A stretch of 64,000 nt of DNA from Haliotis rufescens (GCF_023055435.1 NW_025964223.1:26474001-26538000), one strand, 5' to 3'; shown: positions 10,850-24,339, counted from the stretch's first letter. Notes: a model not told the origin generated them from the letters alone. Numbers and translations are program-made.

Positions 10850-12610
10850 TACAGATCTATTCTGTGTATATTATTAATATGACCTGGTGACCATTAAGGG
10901 GATTATAGTAAACACTAAGCAGGAAGTTATCTAGGATTCCAATCTTAGTGCCCTAATTGGTGAAACAATCAGGATATTCTTCAAAATTAGATTTTTATTT
11001 TCTGTTTTTAATTTCGTAAATTCTGAGGTATGGGGACATTTCTTATTCAAATTGGTAATTTTTGCTGACATTTGCTGCAGACTTGGGGTCAAATATCTGC
11101 CTCTTTGCTTGTCCAGATAAATCCCTGTTAAGGCATATGCAAGGAAGGCACATTGTGACTCCCCTATATCTGAGCAGCTCTCCAAACAACAAACATTTAT
11201 CCTAAGTACGTAAAACATTAAAAGTGAAGCATTATTTGAACTGTGCTTGACTTGTCAATTTTCTTAAATGGTCACCAGGGCAGATCTTCATGTTCTGAAA
11301 ATGTCAATATTGATTATTATGAGATGATATATTCATGCTGCTAGTATTATTGATACAGGCTAAGGTGTAACATCATGAAAGGTTGAAGTACTAATGTATA
11401 TAATTTCAGATGTGGTGATGGATAAAAAGAAGGGAATGGGATCTTTACGTGTGTAAAGTGTGTAGTCATTACTAAGAAAATATACTGTAGATTGTTATTT
11501 AGACCATCTAGTAAAGTAAGCTGATGCCATTAACAAGATATGCCAGTCATAATAACACTTGCTATCATAGACCTATCTTCTTGATTTTCTAGGGAACACA
11601 GATAATTGAAGATCATTATTGCAGTTTGTCTTAATGTTGCCTCTTGCCTTTCAGATGAGCTCACATAGATGAGCTTGATAGAGCGATAGATAGTACCAGC
11701 ATCCTTTCATGACCGACTGTCACATGTAGATGCAGGGCTTGATTTAGCAATATGAAACATATAAAACATTTTATTGAAAAATGCATATTAATATTTATGT
11801 CAAAAAGTCTCAAATTTGTGTCTTACTTGTCCACACAACATCAATCTTTGAACACATTCATTACCTCTAAGCTTCATATACCATACTACATCAGTAATGC
11901 CTGTGTAATTTTTGTCATACTTTTGGGGGCTTGACGTCATCAAACTGTGGGCACTTCAAGATTATTTGTATATGTTTTAACTTTGATAAATTTATGGGAC
12001 AAGTGCAACCTGGTTTTGCATGTAATAAGATGAATGTGATTGGTGGTACTGACAGAGAAAATGGCGGTGAATCTGCACTTATCAATTCAGATTCTGATGT
12101 TGAAAACAAAATTGCAGATAAATCAGATCATGGTAAAAAAGTATAAAAACCCAAAATGTCTCCATTATTTTCTAGAAATTGGTTAGATTAGTATTTAGTT
12201 TTAATATGATTATTTTTTACATTGTTTCCATAAGATTAAACCTCCATTTTCATGTTCGGTGTTATGATGTTTGACTTTTATTTTATTGTATACCCCATTG
12301 GAAGGGTTACATGGCCCACCCATAACACATTCTAGATGAAAAACTGACTTAAGGTATTGGTACAAACACAAGTTTGAGTACAAATAATACTTAAGGTTCT
12401 TTCGCCTTGACCCATAGATCCATTTGTCACTGTCCACCATGTGTAGTTGTAGTTGTTACTGTCGCATCAAGTCATTTACATGGAACATGCATTTTCCCTT
12501 TCCTTTCCTATTTAAATGCAAAAGCGATTTTCATTTTGGTTCTTTTCTTAAATATATTTTATCTCTTTGTTGTTGTTGTGATTGGTAGATTTTCCTGTTT
12601 GAAGTTCCTT

Positions 12611-14572
12611 CTAGACACACTGTGGCTGTGTTATTTCCAGACACTATGTCTGTGTAAGTACCAGACACTATGGCTGTGTTAGTACCAGACGCTATGGCTG
12701 TGTTATTTCCAGACACTATGTCTGTGTTAGTACCAGACACTATGGCTGTGTTATTTCCAGACACTATGGCTGTGTTATTTCCAGACACTGTGGCTGTGTT
12801 ATTTCCAGACACTATGTCTGTGTTAGTACCAGACACTATGTCTGTGTTAGTACCAGACACTGTGGCTGTGTTATTTCCAGACACTATGGCTGTGTTATTT
12901 CCAGACACTATTGCTGTGTTATTTCCAGACACTGTGGCTGTGTTATTTCCAGACACTGTGGCTGTGTTATTTCCAGACACTATGGCTGTGTTATTTCCAG
13001 ACACTATGGCTGTGTAATTTCCAGACACTGTGGCTGTGTTATTTCCAGACACTATGGCTGTGTTATTTCCAGACACTATGGCTGTGTTATTTCCAGACAC
13101 TGTGGCTGTGTTATTTCCAGACACTATGTCTGTGTTAGTACCAGACACTATGTCTGTGTTAGTACCAGACACTGTGTCTGTGTTATTTCCAGACACTATG
13201 GCTGTGTTATTTCCAGACACTATGGCTGTGTTATTTCCAGACACTGTGGCTGTGTTATTTCCAGACACTATGTCTGTGTTAGTACCAGACACTGTGGCTG
13301 TGTTATTTCCAGACACACTGTGGCTGTGTTATTTCCAGACACACAGTGGCTGTGTTACTTCCAGATACACTGTGGCTTTATTTTTCTAGACACACTGTGG
13401 CTGTGTTATTTCTCGACACACTGTGGCTTTGTTATATCCAGACACACTATGGTCCAGACACACTGTGGCTGTGTTATTTCCAGACACTGTGGCTGTGTTA
13501 TTTCCAGACACACTATGGCTGTGTTATTTCCAGACACACTGTGGCTGTGTTATTTCCAGACACTGTGGCTGTGTTATTTCCAGACACTATGGCTGTGTTA
13601 TTTCCAGACACAATGTGGCTGTGTTATTTCCAGACACACTGTGGCTGTGTTTTTTCCAGACACACAATGGCTGTGTTATTTCCAGACACTTTGGCTCTGT
13701 GATTTCCAGACACACTGTGGCTGTGTTATTTCTAGATGCCTTTTGCCTGTGTTATTTCCAGACACATTATGGCTGGTTATTTCCAGATATTATGGCTGTG
13801 TTATTTCGAGACTCTATGGCTGTGGTATTTCGAGACACTATGGCTGTGGTATTTCCAGACACAATGGCTGTGTTATTTTCAGACACTGTGGCTGTGTTAG
13901 TACCAGACACTGTGGCTGTGTTATTTCCAGACACTATGGCTGTGTTATTTCCAGACACTGTGGCTGTGTTAGTACCAGACACTGTGGCTGTGTTATTTCC
14001 AGACACTGTGGCTGTGGTATTTCCAGACACTGTGGCTGTGTTAGTACCAGACACTGTGGCTGTGTTATTTCCAGACACTATGGCTGTGGTATTTCCAGAC
14101 ACAATGGCTGTGTTGTTTTCAGACACTGTGGCTGTGTTAGTACCAGACACTGTGGCTGTGTTATTTCCAGACACTGTGGCTGTGTTAGTACCAGACACTG
14201 TGGCTGTGTTAGTACCAGACTCTGTGGCTGTGTTAGTACCAGACACAATGGCTGTGTTAGTATCAGACACACTTTGGCTGTGTAATTTCCAGACACTATG
14301 GCTGTGTAATTTCCAGACACTATGGCTGTGTTATTTCCAGACACTATGGCTGTGTAATTTCCAGACACTATGGCTGTGTTATTTCCAGACACTATGGCTG
14401 TGTTATTTCCAGACACTATGGCTGTGTAATTTCCAGACACTATGGCTGTGTAATTTCCAGACACTATGGCTGTGTTATTTCCAGACACTGTGGCTGTGTT
14501 ATTTCCAGACACTATGGCTGTGTAATTTCCAGACACTATGGCTGTGTTATTTCCAGACACTATGGCTGTGTT
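12611..14572. repeat. 24-bp minisatellite, about 80 units (ccagacactatggctgtgttattt), with 26-bp variants in the centre
   Basis: Direct inspection; explains the MAVLFPDT, SGNNTAIV and LWLCYFQT ORFs. Confidence 0.98.
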
Positions 14573-14789
14573 AGGTATTACCTGTGTTATGTCAATGTAA
14601 TTATGATCAGTACTTGAGCAGTTTGAGCTGTTCATTGATGGCACATGATCAATGATTATATCCTAATTGATTCCCACCATTTGGTTTCTTTAAAGTATGA
14701 TATTGATGTAATGTTTTCAAAATGTATTTTACATATCTAAGCTATTTGTTCATGTATGTCATGGGAAGACTTGAGGAAAAAACAATTTG

Positions 14790-15243
14790 CTGATCAACAA
14801 AGTCATGTTTTAAGAAACCAATCCTTCCACAAACCCTACTGATCAACAGGTAAATATTAAGAAATCAATCCTTACACAAACCCTACTGATCAACAGGTAA
14901 ATATTAAGACATCAATCCTTACACAAACCCTACTGATCAACAGGTAAATATTAAGAAATCAATCCTTACACAAACCCTACTGATCAACAGGTAAATATTA
15001 AGACATCAATCCTTACACAAACCCTACTGATCAACAGGTAAATATTAAGAAATCAATCCTTACACAAACCCTACTGATCAACAGGTAAATATTAAGAAAT
15101 CAATCCTTACACAAACCCTACTGATCAACAGGTAAATATTAAGACATCAATCCTTACACAAACCCTACTGATCAACAGGTAAATATTAAGAAATCAATCC
15201 TTACACAAACCCTACTGATCAACAGGTAAATATTAAGACATCA
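14790..15243. repeat. 47-bp minisatellite, about 9 units (aaatcaatccttacacaaaccctactgatcaacaggtaaatattaag)
   Basis: ccctactgat recurs at 14881 and 14928, and at the same period onward. Confidence 0.97.
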
Positions 15244-15562
15244 AATCCTCTTTAGATGTCACCAGGACCTTTTGTTACATGAATGTTGATATAATAGTTT
15301 CAAATGTAAGACGTCCTGTGTTGATTAATGTGTGCCGTGCATCCAAATGAAAGTTTAGTAACTGGCCTACAGACCATGGACGACAGCCCCTGGGGTCCAG
15401 ACTGAACAAACAGCAGCTTCATGTCTATCCAGACCTGCAATACACACACCATACTTCATTTCTGGAAATTTCTGTTCAAGCCTTTTTGTCATACAACAGC
15501 TACATACACTCTTTCTTTGTCAGTGCTTATTCTGTCCCAGATTTGGACAGTTTATTTCATAC

Positions 15563-15883
15563 TACCGTATTCTACGTAATAAGCGCCCAGGGCGGTTTCA
15601 AAATTAGAAATAAGGGGCTCTTATTCGAATATAATTTGGTGAGTTGAAAGATTGTAAATTTCGTAGTTTATTCTTACAGCCTGAAATGATACAACACGAT
15701 AGATATATTTTTCCAGAATTTAATTGCCCGTAATTAAGGGTGCATATAACACACGAGTGTATTATACACGAATAAAGAAGTCTTGTGTACATTGATCAAT
15801 GGGATGGGGTGCTAATTGGGATTGTTCACCAGCCTATATATTAGCCATTATCATCGTGGGCGTTTATTACGTCAAATATGGTA
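15563..15883. mobile_element. MITE with CCGTATT termini and TA flanks
   Basis: taccgtattctacgtaataagcgccc / gggcgtttattacgtcaaatatggta. Confidence 0.88.
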
Positions 15884-16269
15884 CATGTAGATGTGAGCTT
15901 CACCTCAATATCAGACAAACGGAATATTTCCTTTTGAGAGTGATGAAATGCTTTAGTCAGACGAAGGTACTGTCAGTCTCATTACAATCAGATAATTTAC
16001 CCCGTAGTTGGTTTAAGCATGAAGAGATTCAAGGTTTGTATGGCATAGGAACTATTAATGTGGGGGCACAAACTTGGTATATGTGGGAACAGCAGGTTTG
16101 TATCACAAAGGTAATGTAAGCATTGGAGAATACAAGATTTGTATTAGCGACTGGTAATTTATTATTGGGTGATATTGGTTTTAGGATTGTATCGTATGTT
16201 GCTGTCGAGGAACTACATGAATGTACCTCACTGTACCTCACTATGTATATGACTGTGTTGTGTTTGCAG

Positions 16270-16329
16270 CCTCTGGCCCCATGTGTTGCTAACTCTGACT
16301 CTATGGCCATGTATGAACAACACTGCAAG
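16270..16329 (+). CDS. MAP3K7: MAP3K7/TAK1 exon (PLAPCVANSDSMAMYEQHCK)
   Basis: tttgcAG acceptor and AAG|gtagga donor; 60 nt, phase 0-0. Matches human [20 protein letters not shown]. Confidence 0.95.
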
Positions 16330-17642
16330 GTAGGACACTGATGCTTTTCTCTCATTGTACACTACCTTCCTCCATGTACCATTATGCTTCTTAGTCAGTG
16401 TCATGATTCACTCCATAGAATGTCCAGCCACTGACACTCTGCTGAGGAAGTAGCATGTTCCCAACTGAGTGCATATATATCTTCGTGTTATAGGTTTTCG
16501 AGCCCCTAAGAAGTATTTTTGATTACATGTCCAATAACAATACCCATACATTAAAATTAGGTCTTACCTTTGAGAACATTTATCACTGTTAGCACTTGGA
16601 TAGTCAAATGACCATGTCTTGATTTTATTGCGATAATGCCTCGTCGAGTGCGACGAGTCGATCAGGCACCATCTTGTTACCATCACCTGATTTTCAGCCC
16701 CTCCATGACAGTCAAGTTGAACATAGATGCACAACATGATCACATGACATTACACACAGGACGTTTACAAACAGCAGCTGATACATCATCGGTGCATACG
16801 ATTGTTCAGAAGCAAAATTATCATCAGATCAAGTTTGATTGAAATGTGCATTTGTGAAAAAGTATGTTTTGAGGTATGTTTTCATTACTGAATATCTTAC
16901 CTCATGTAGCTTAATATATAACATGACTTCAGGGGCAAGTGGCAAACACTTTGATGTGTTCAGTGGGCTCTGAACTGTCTCCTTTGATTACAGCATTAAC
17001 TGCGTGGTTACGTATTCTTTAGGGGCTTGAAAATAGGTGAAGCTCGTAAACATATCACATGGGCATATATACTACTAAAACAAGTTAATGCCTACCAGAT
17101 TCTGTCATATTACTATAGTTAATCGGTCATGGCAGTAGTATGAAAGAATCGGATGGACCTTAATTTATTTTGAGTAGCATATAGTGAATCCTTGTATCAG
17201 CTTTCATCACAGGGATGAGGAGAGCTTGGAGACCCCTAACTATCCATCAGGAGCAGCAATACAAGGCCTAGAATGTAAAGACCAAATATATCTTCCATGG
17301 GAACTGATTTTAAAGAATGTATGAATATGACCTGAATATATAGGGGAATGTGTTTACCCTCACAGTGGCAGCAAATAGACAAGGATGAAAACATTTATGA
17401 GTCCTTTTGAATACCAGGTTTGAAAACTGGCAATGAATTGATGGGAATGTTATTCCCTGATTCTTTTACCTCAGGCGTTCATTTGTTGGCTGGTTATCTA
17501 GCTGTCAAATGGTTAGGAAGCATGGATGATATATGGAGGAGTGGAGTGAATACATCATCACAAATGATAAGGGTGTTGATTGTTGGAGCTTTATCACTCC
17601 ATCAGTTGTATTTGTATGTACGTCATTGTGTTCACAGCAATT

Positions 17643-17890
17643 AGGCACGGGTGGCCCTATTGACGAAGGTGGTGCAGATGGCTGTGCAGGGTTGGTCCCC
17701 ACGTCATGCCAGACATCTATGATTTGGGGTTTAATTCCATGATTCACCCTGCTAATGTTTTTATGTTTGTCAGAGCCAAAAAGATGCTTGTTGGTATCAC
17801 CAAAATGGTAAAAGTCTAAGACCTGCATCACTTCAGGCTTTCCTCCCACATCAAGCTGAAACACTGTGATATGACTGAAATATTGTTTAG
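17643..17890 (+). mobile_element. SINE family A, degenerate copy
   Basis: ggcacgggtggcc head and tctaagacctgcatcacttcaggctttcctcccacat body. Confidence 0.8.
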
Positions 17891-18014
17891 AGCAGCAGCA
17901 GCAATATTGTTTGGCTTGGGATTTAATGGATCATCAGTCATTATCATATTAGGAATGACAAGTTTATGAACATATTTTATTGTTGTTGGTTTTGTCATAT
18001 TTTCCTTTTTCAGT

Positions 18015-18582
18015 GCCTTTGTAACCCACTTCGCCTAGGGATTGTTTGAGATTGTAAACCCTGACATTTGGGAGCATACCTTGGCCTCCTTGGTATGCTT
18101 CCCTCCTGTCAGGGTTTTTGAAGCGACTCATCACATAGATAATAAGAAAACATCAAGAGACCTTACAGTGAAACAATACAGGGTGTCGTGGTATAAAAGC
18201 TATTCAATCAAAGCGTGCGAGAGAAAAAACACGTTCAAGATGGACCAACTTGATTCATGACATGTAAAATTGAACAACTTTTCATCTTCTGCCCTGAGGT
18301 TGCAGTTTCGATTCCCATCATCCATAATGAAACCTCCATTTCTTATCTTCTATTTTAGAACATCGGACGTTTGAAACACAAATTTTTAAGTATAGAAGTT
18401 ATATTAACTCCTCATAGGAGAGTTTACAATGATTGTAACCCTTGTAGGAGGGTTTACATTCAATCATTGTAAGCCCTCAAAGGAGGGTTTACAATTATTG
18501 TAAACCAGACTGCAACGGATTACAATGCGCTGTATGGGAGAATTCAACCATTTCAAAAATCCCTCAAGGAGTTGCACAAACA
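18015..18582. mobile_element. Possible non-autonomous DNA element with internal ggagggtttaca repeats
   Basis: Weak inverted ends (agggattgtttgag / ttcaaaaatccct) and 3-4 short repeats at 18415-18525. Confidence 0.4.
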
Positions 18583-18627
18583 TGTGTGTTTATGAACATT
18601 CATAAGCAATTGGTCTTCAACCATGTA

Positions 18628-18790
18628 TGGTCGGTGTGGTAGCCTTGTGGTTAAACCGTTTGCTTGTCATGCCAAAGATCCGGGTTCAGTTCCTCACATG
18701 AGTCCAACATGTGAAGCCCATTTTCTGGTGTACTCTGCCATGATATTGCTGGAATATTGGTAAAAGTGACATAAAAGCATACTCACTCAT
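18628..18790 (+). mobile_element. SINE family B copy with 12-bp TSD
   Basis: Collinear with 6566. ttcaaccat(g/a)ta at 18616-18627 and 18791-18802. Confidence 0.9.
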
Positions 18791-19714
18791 TTCAACCATA
18801 TAAAGAGCCATCACTATTTTAATTTTTTAAAATTCTGTTCAGCAAATACACACATTGGCTAAAAGCAACAGACATTAAATGTAGTAGACAGGCATGGAAT
18901 TCCTGTCAAAGTTCTTCATGGTCACAAGTACTCTAGTTAGACTATAGTCTTCCCTTGAGATGTCGTAATGATACATACCAACCTGTGTGACATGAACTGT
19001 AAACTGATTGGATGATGTGCTCATGGTGTGGACCCCTTGCAATATTTTACTGTAGCTTGAAACACATTCACACCATTTGATAATGCTGAACATAGTAAGA
19101 CAGAGTTGTCTCCCTTTCACTGCTTCGGACACTGTCCTGTGCCAGTGTTAGTTTATGAGGTAACAAACTATCACACCTATAATGAAATGGATGTGGTGTC
19201 AAGCTTTGTTTGAAGACTCATCAACAAAGCTGTTGTTAGCGTAATGTGAAGCAAACAGCTGTTGATAGTGATTCCTCATTTAAAGCCTCAGTTCACAACT
19301 GCCCCAGTCAACAGGACTGGTTGGCGCACACAAGGCCACATGCTTTCAATCATGATTGTCACATGGGAAGTGATTTGACACACATTCTGAAGAGGTAGTC
19401 ATGAATAGGCATAAAGAAGTTGCAGCAATATCTTGAATTATGTTTTGTGTGCTCTTTTTGAGGAAAGTAGGGTAATGTTGAATTAATGAACAATGGGATG
19501 TTTTAAACATAAAGGTGTAGAGAATTTCTTTGTACTGTCATGCCATGGCAACTACGTCTGTTGTCAAAGTTCTCTGTGTTGTGTGAGATGTTTTGTAATA
19601 ATTTAATTCATTTCTCATAATTATGCCAATGGCAAAAATACATGTTCATATTAATTGGTCATCTTTCTTCTTGTCAGAACTTGGTATTTGTTGTGATTTG
19701 TTTTGTAAACAATA

Positions 19715-22460
19715 TATCAGGGTGTTCAGTATGCTTCAATGTCATGTCAGTATCAAGGTGTTCAGTATGCTTCAATGTTTTGTCAGTATCAAGGTGTTCA
19801 TTATGCTTCAATGTCATGTCAGTATCAAGGTGGTCTGTATGCTTCAATGTCATGTCAGTATCAAGGTGATCAGTATGATTTAATGTTATGTCAGTATTAT
19901 GGTGTTCAGTATGCTTCAATGCCAGGTCAGTAGCAAGGTGTTCTGTATGCTTCAATGTCAGGTCAGTATCAAGGTGGTCTGTATGCTTCAATGTCATGTC
20001 AGTATCAAGGTGTTCATTATGCTTCAATGTCATGTCAGTATCAAGGTGTTCAGAATGATTTAATGTTATGTCAGTATTATGGTGTTCAGTATGCTTCAAT
20101 GTCAGTTCAGTATCAAGGTGTTCAGTATGATTAAATGTTATGACAGTATCAAGGTGTTCAGTATGCTTCAATGTCAGGTCAGTATCAAGGTGTTCAGTAT
20201 GCTTCAATGTCAGTTCAGTATCAAGGTGTTCAGTATGATTTAATGTTATGTCAGTATCAAGGTGTTCAGTATTCTTCAATGTCATGTCAGTATCAAGGTG
20301 TTCAGTCTGCTTCAGTGCCAGGTCAGTATCAAGGTGTTCAGTATGCTTCAATGTCAGGTCAGTATCAAGGTGTTCAGTATTATTTAATGTTATGTCAGTA
20401 TCAAGGTGTTCAGTATGCTTCAATGTCAGCTCAGTATCAAGGTGTTCAGTCTGCTTCAATGTCATGTCAGTATCAAGGTGGTCTGTATGATTTAATGTTA
20501 TGACAGTATCAAGGTGTTCAGTATGCTTCAATGTCAGGTCAGTATCCAGGTGTTCAATCTGCTTCAATGTCAGGTCAGTATCAAGGTGTTCAGTATGCTT
20601 CAATGTCAGTTCAGTATCAAGGTGTTCAGTATGATTTATTGTTGTGTCAGTATCAAGGTGTTCAGTATGCTTCAATGTCAGTTCAGTATCAAGGTGTTCA
20701 GTATGATTTATTGTTGTGTCAGTATCAAGGTGTTCAGTATGCTTCAATGTCAGGTCAGTATCAAGATGTTCAGTATGCTTCAATGTCAGGTCAGTATCAA
20801 GGTGTTCAGTATGCTTCAATGTCAGTTCAGAATCAAGGTGTTCAGTCTGCTTCAATGCCAGTTCAGTATCAAGGTGTTCAGTATGATTTAATGTTATGTC
20901 AGTATTATGGTGTACAGTATGCTTCAATGTTATGTCAGTATTATGGTGATCAGTATGATTTAATGTTATGTCAGTATCAAGGAGTTTAGTATGCTTCAAT
21001 GTCAGTTCAGTATCAAGGTGTTCAGTCTGCTTCAATGTCAGTTCAGTATCAAGGTGTTCAGTATGCTTCAGTGCCTGGTCAGTATCAAGGTGTTCAGTAT
21101 GCTTCAATGTCAGGTCAGTATCAAGGTGTTCAGTATGCTTCAATGTCAGTTCAGAATCAAGGTGTTCAGTATGATTTAATGTTATGACAGTATCAAGGTG
21201 TTCAGTATGCTTCAATGTCAGCTCAGTATCAAGGTGTTCAGTCTGCTTCAATGTCAGGTCAGTATCAAGGTGTTCTGTATGATTTAATGTTATGACAGTA
21301 TCAAGGTGTTCAGTATGCTTCAATGTCAGGTCAGTATCCAGGTGTTCAGTCTGCTTCAATGTCAGGTCAGTATCAAGGTGTTCAGTATGATTTAATGTTA
21401 TGTCAGTATCAAGGTGTTCAGTATGCTTCAATGTCTGTTCAGTATCAAGGTGTTCAGTATGATTTATTGTTGTGTCAGTATCAAGGTGTTCAGTATGCTT
21501 CAATGTCAGGTCAGTATCAAGGTGTTCAGTATGCTTCAATGTCAGGTCAGTATCAAGGTGTTCAGTCTGCTTCAATGCCAGTTCAGTATCAAGGTGTTCA
21601 GTATGATTTAATGTTATGTCAGTATTATGGTGTACAGTATGCTTCAATGTTATGTCAGTATTATGGTGTTCAGTATGATTTAATGTTATGTCAGTATCAA
21701 GGTGTTTAGTATGCTTCAATGTCAGTTCAGTATCAAGGTGTTCAGTCTGCTTCAATGTCAGTTCAGTATCAAGGTGTTCAGTATGCTTCAATGTCAGGTC
21801 AGTATCAAGGTGTTCAGTATGCTTCAATGTCACGTCAGTATCAAGGTGTTCAGTCTGCTTCAATCCCAGGTCAGTATCAAGGTGTTCAGTATGATTTAAT
21901 GTCATGTCAGTATCAAGGTGTTCAGTCTGCTTCAATGCCAGGTCAGTATCAAGGTGGTCTGTATGCTTCAATGTCATATCAGTATGAAGATGTTCAGTAT
22001 TATTTAATGTTATGTCAGTATTATGGTTTTCAGTCTGCTTCAATGCCAGGTCAGTATCAAGGTGGTCTGTATGCTTCAATGTCATGTCAGTATGAAGATG
22101 TTCAGTATTATTTAATGTTATGTCAGTATCAAGGTATTCAGTCTGCTTCAATGTCAGTTCAGTATCAAGGTGTTCTGTATGATTTACTGTTATGACAGTA
22201 TCAAGGTGTTCAGTATGATTTAATGTTATGACAGTATCAAGGTGTTCTGTATGATTTAATGTTATGACAGTATCAAGGTGTTCAGTATGCTTCAATGTCA
22301 GGTCAGTACCAAAGTGTTCAGTATGATTTAATGCTATGTCAGTATTATGGTGTTCAGTATGATTTAATGTTATGTCAGTATCAAGGTGTTCAGTATGATT
22401 TAATGTTATGTCAGTATCAAGGTGTTCAGTATGATTTAATGTTATGTCAGTATTAAGGTG
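19715..22460. repeat. 36-bp minisatellite, about 76 units (cagtatcaaggtgttcagtatgcttcaatgtcaggt), with degenerate remnants to about 22745
   Basis: Direct inspection; source of the 873-aa minus-strand ORF. Confidence 0.98.
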
Positions 22461-23777
22461 CTGTGTTCTGCCGAGTCAGCAGCCTCGCAGGATTCTCGCA
22501 ATATGTTATCGATTGAGTATGATATTTACTTTCAGCGGGACATGTAGATGGGTGTATTTTATACAATTATATTATAAGGTGTTCGATATTAGTCATAGTC
22601 GTGTGGGTTTCAAGGTGTTCAGTATGATTTAGTATCCTATTGGTATCAAGGGGTTAGGTATGCTTCAATATCATGTCAGAATGTGTGCTTCAATGTCATT
22701 CCACATTCAAATGTGAATGCTTCATATTATTGTCAGTATCAATGTGCAACATTCAAAAGTCAGATATGCAAGTAAGATGAGAGTGTTTAAATTAAAATAA
22801 AATAAAAAACACTGGTCGTGATTAACAAAACCTAGTATCTCTCAGGTGAAAGACCTTTGAAGTTTGAGTGTGTTCTGACAAAGGCAGCACGGCTATTACA
22901 AGCATGGCTGGGTCTCTGGCTCTTGATGCACCTGGGTCCATGGTCTGCAAGGGGTTCTGGCTTTTCTATATCATGATCAATTTCATCTGGAATCCTGTGA
23001 AGGATGAAAAATAATTTGGTATGTCTTTCAGTCAGATGCTGACAATTTATTTCTTATCAAGAAAGAGCCCTTGTTATGCTGTAGAGCTGCACTGGTCGTA
23101 ACATCAGTCGACATTAAAGCTCATCGCCACCAGGTAAGCATGTGGCTCCTCCCTCCAAGCAGGACCACTGTGTCCTAAGATATGCCAGTGTGCAGAGCTT
23201 GGGGCCAAGGTAAACTATTGTAGCATTTGCCATCAGATGGGATCCTTGTTTTCAAATGCACAGATAAAGAGACTTTTTACAGGAATTTTGGACAATAACC
23301 AATAAAAAATCTGCCTTTATGAAATCCAGATGACACTTGGTATGTTGGCATGTGTGGATCCTATATTGGGCTGTTCTCATAGGTTAGATAGGCTGGTCTT
23401 CCAGGCTGAATCTCAGTCAATTCCCTTCCTGTTGAAGAAATGACATGTAATCAGACTATCTGGGATGTTTGTTTCCTGTAACCATGGTAACAGTGTCAAT
23501 GTACTGAAAGACTTCACAGAAGCAGGTTGGTTAGTTTGAGGCAACTCTTATTGAATGTATTAGTAGTTGTATTTGTACACCTTCACTTTTGAGAGGAATA
23601 TTCCTACATATTGTGTGGGGTCTTCACAGATTGCTTAACATAGTGATATCTCTGAAAAAATCATTTTTGATATGGTTTTGTAACTGAAAACTCAACATGG
23701 TTAAGATTGGAATATGAAAGATGAAGAATAGATCTCCAATATCTTAGGCTTCTCATCAACGCTTAGGAGGATTGAAT

Positions 23778-24330
23778 ATCTTCCTGAGGCAATGGCGTTA
23801 TCTGACTATAGAAGTCGAGTTTCCACCCTTGCCTAACTAGGCTGGAATTTTGTGGTTCGATCGTTGTGCCACCACAGGCTATTACAAGTTACGTCCCTTC
23901 TATGTCCCTTCTATTGACCAATCAGATTGCATCACTCACATCACTTGCATTTGCTTCAAACAAAATGGCGGCACCCAGTTAAGACAATTTGATCACTAAT
24001 CAAGATCTATATTGTAATAAGACGGGTCTTACCTCCCAAATTGCATCAAATCACTTGAGCATCTTGATTAAAAACATGAAAACATTTGGAAAATATCTGT
24101 CGAAGCCCCTTGGACGGTACCCATGTTTTGTAATTCCTGCAGTTGACAGAAATCTGCGTGTTGAAATCCATGTTGTTTATGAACTGGATGTCTAGTTCGT
24201 TACACGATTTTGATTGGACTATGCATACACTCGTTATTCCAGCCAAAATGTAACTCCAGTCTTCCAGTCTAGTCGGCATGGGTGGAACCTGGACTTTAAT
24301 AGTGAGTTAACTCCCTTGCCTCAGGAAGAT
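23778..24330 (+). mobile_element. Non-autonomous TIR element (ATCTTCCTGAGGCAA termini), copy 1
   Basis: atcttcctgaggcaa / ttgcctcaggaagat perfect 15-bp TIR; internal homology to 52103-52598. Confidence 0.9.
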
Positions 24331-24339
24331 GAGGATTAG

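Noticed and set aside
12531-14644. SGNNTAIV repeat ORFs resembling ice-binding beta-solenoid or N-glycosylated repeat proteins
   Set aside because: They are translations of a 24-bp minisatellite open in several frames on both strands, broken by 26-bp units, with no signal peptide or unique domain, inside a TAK1 intron.
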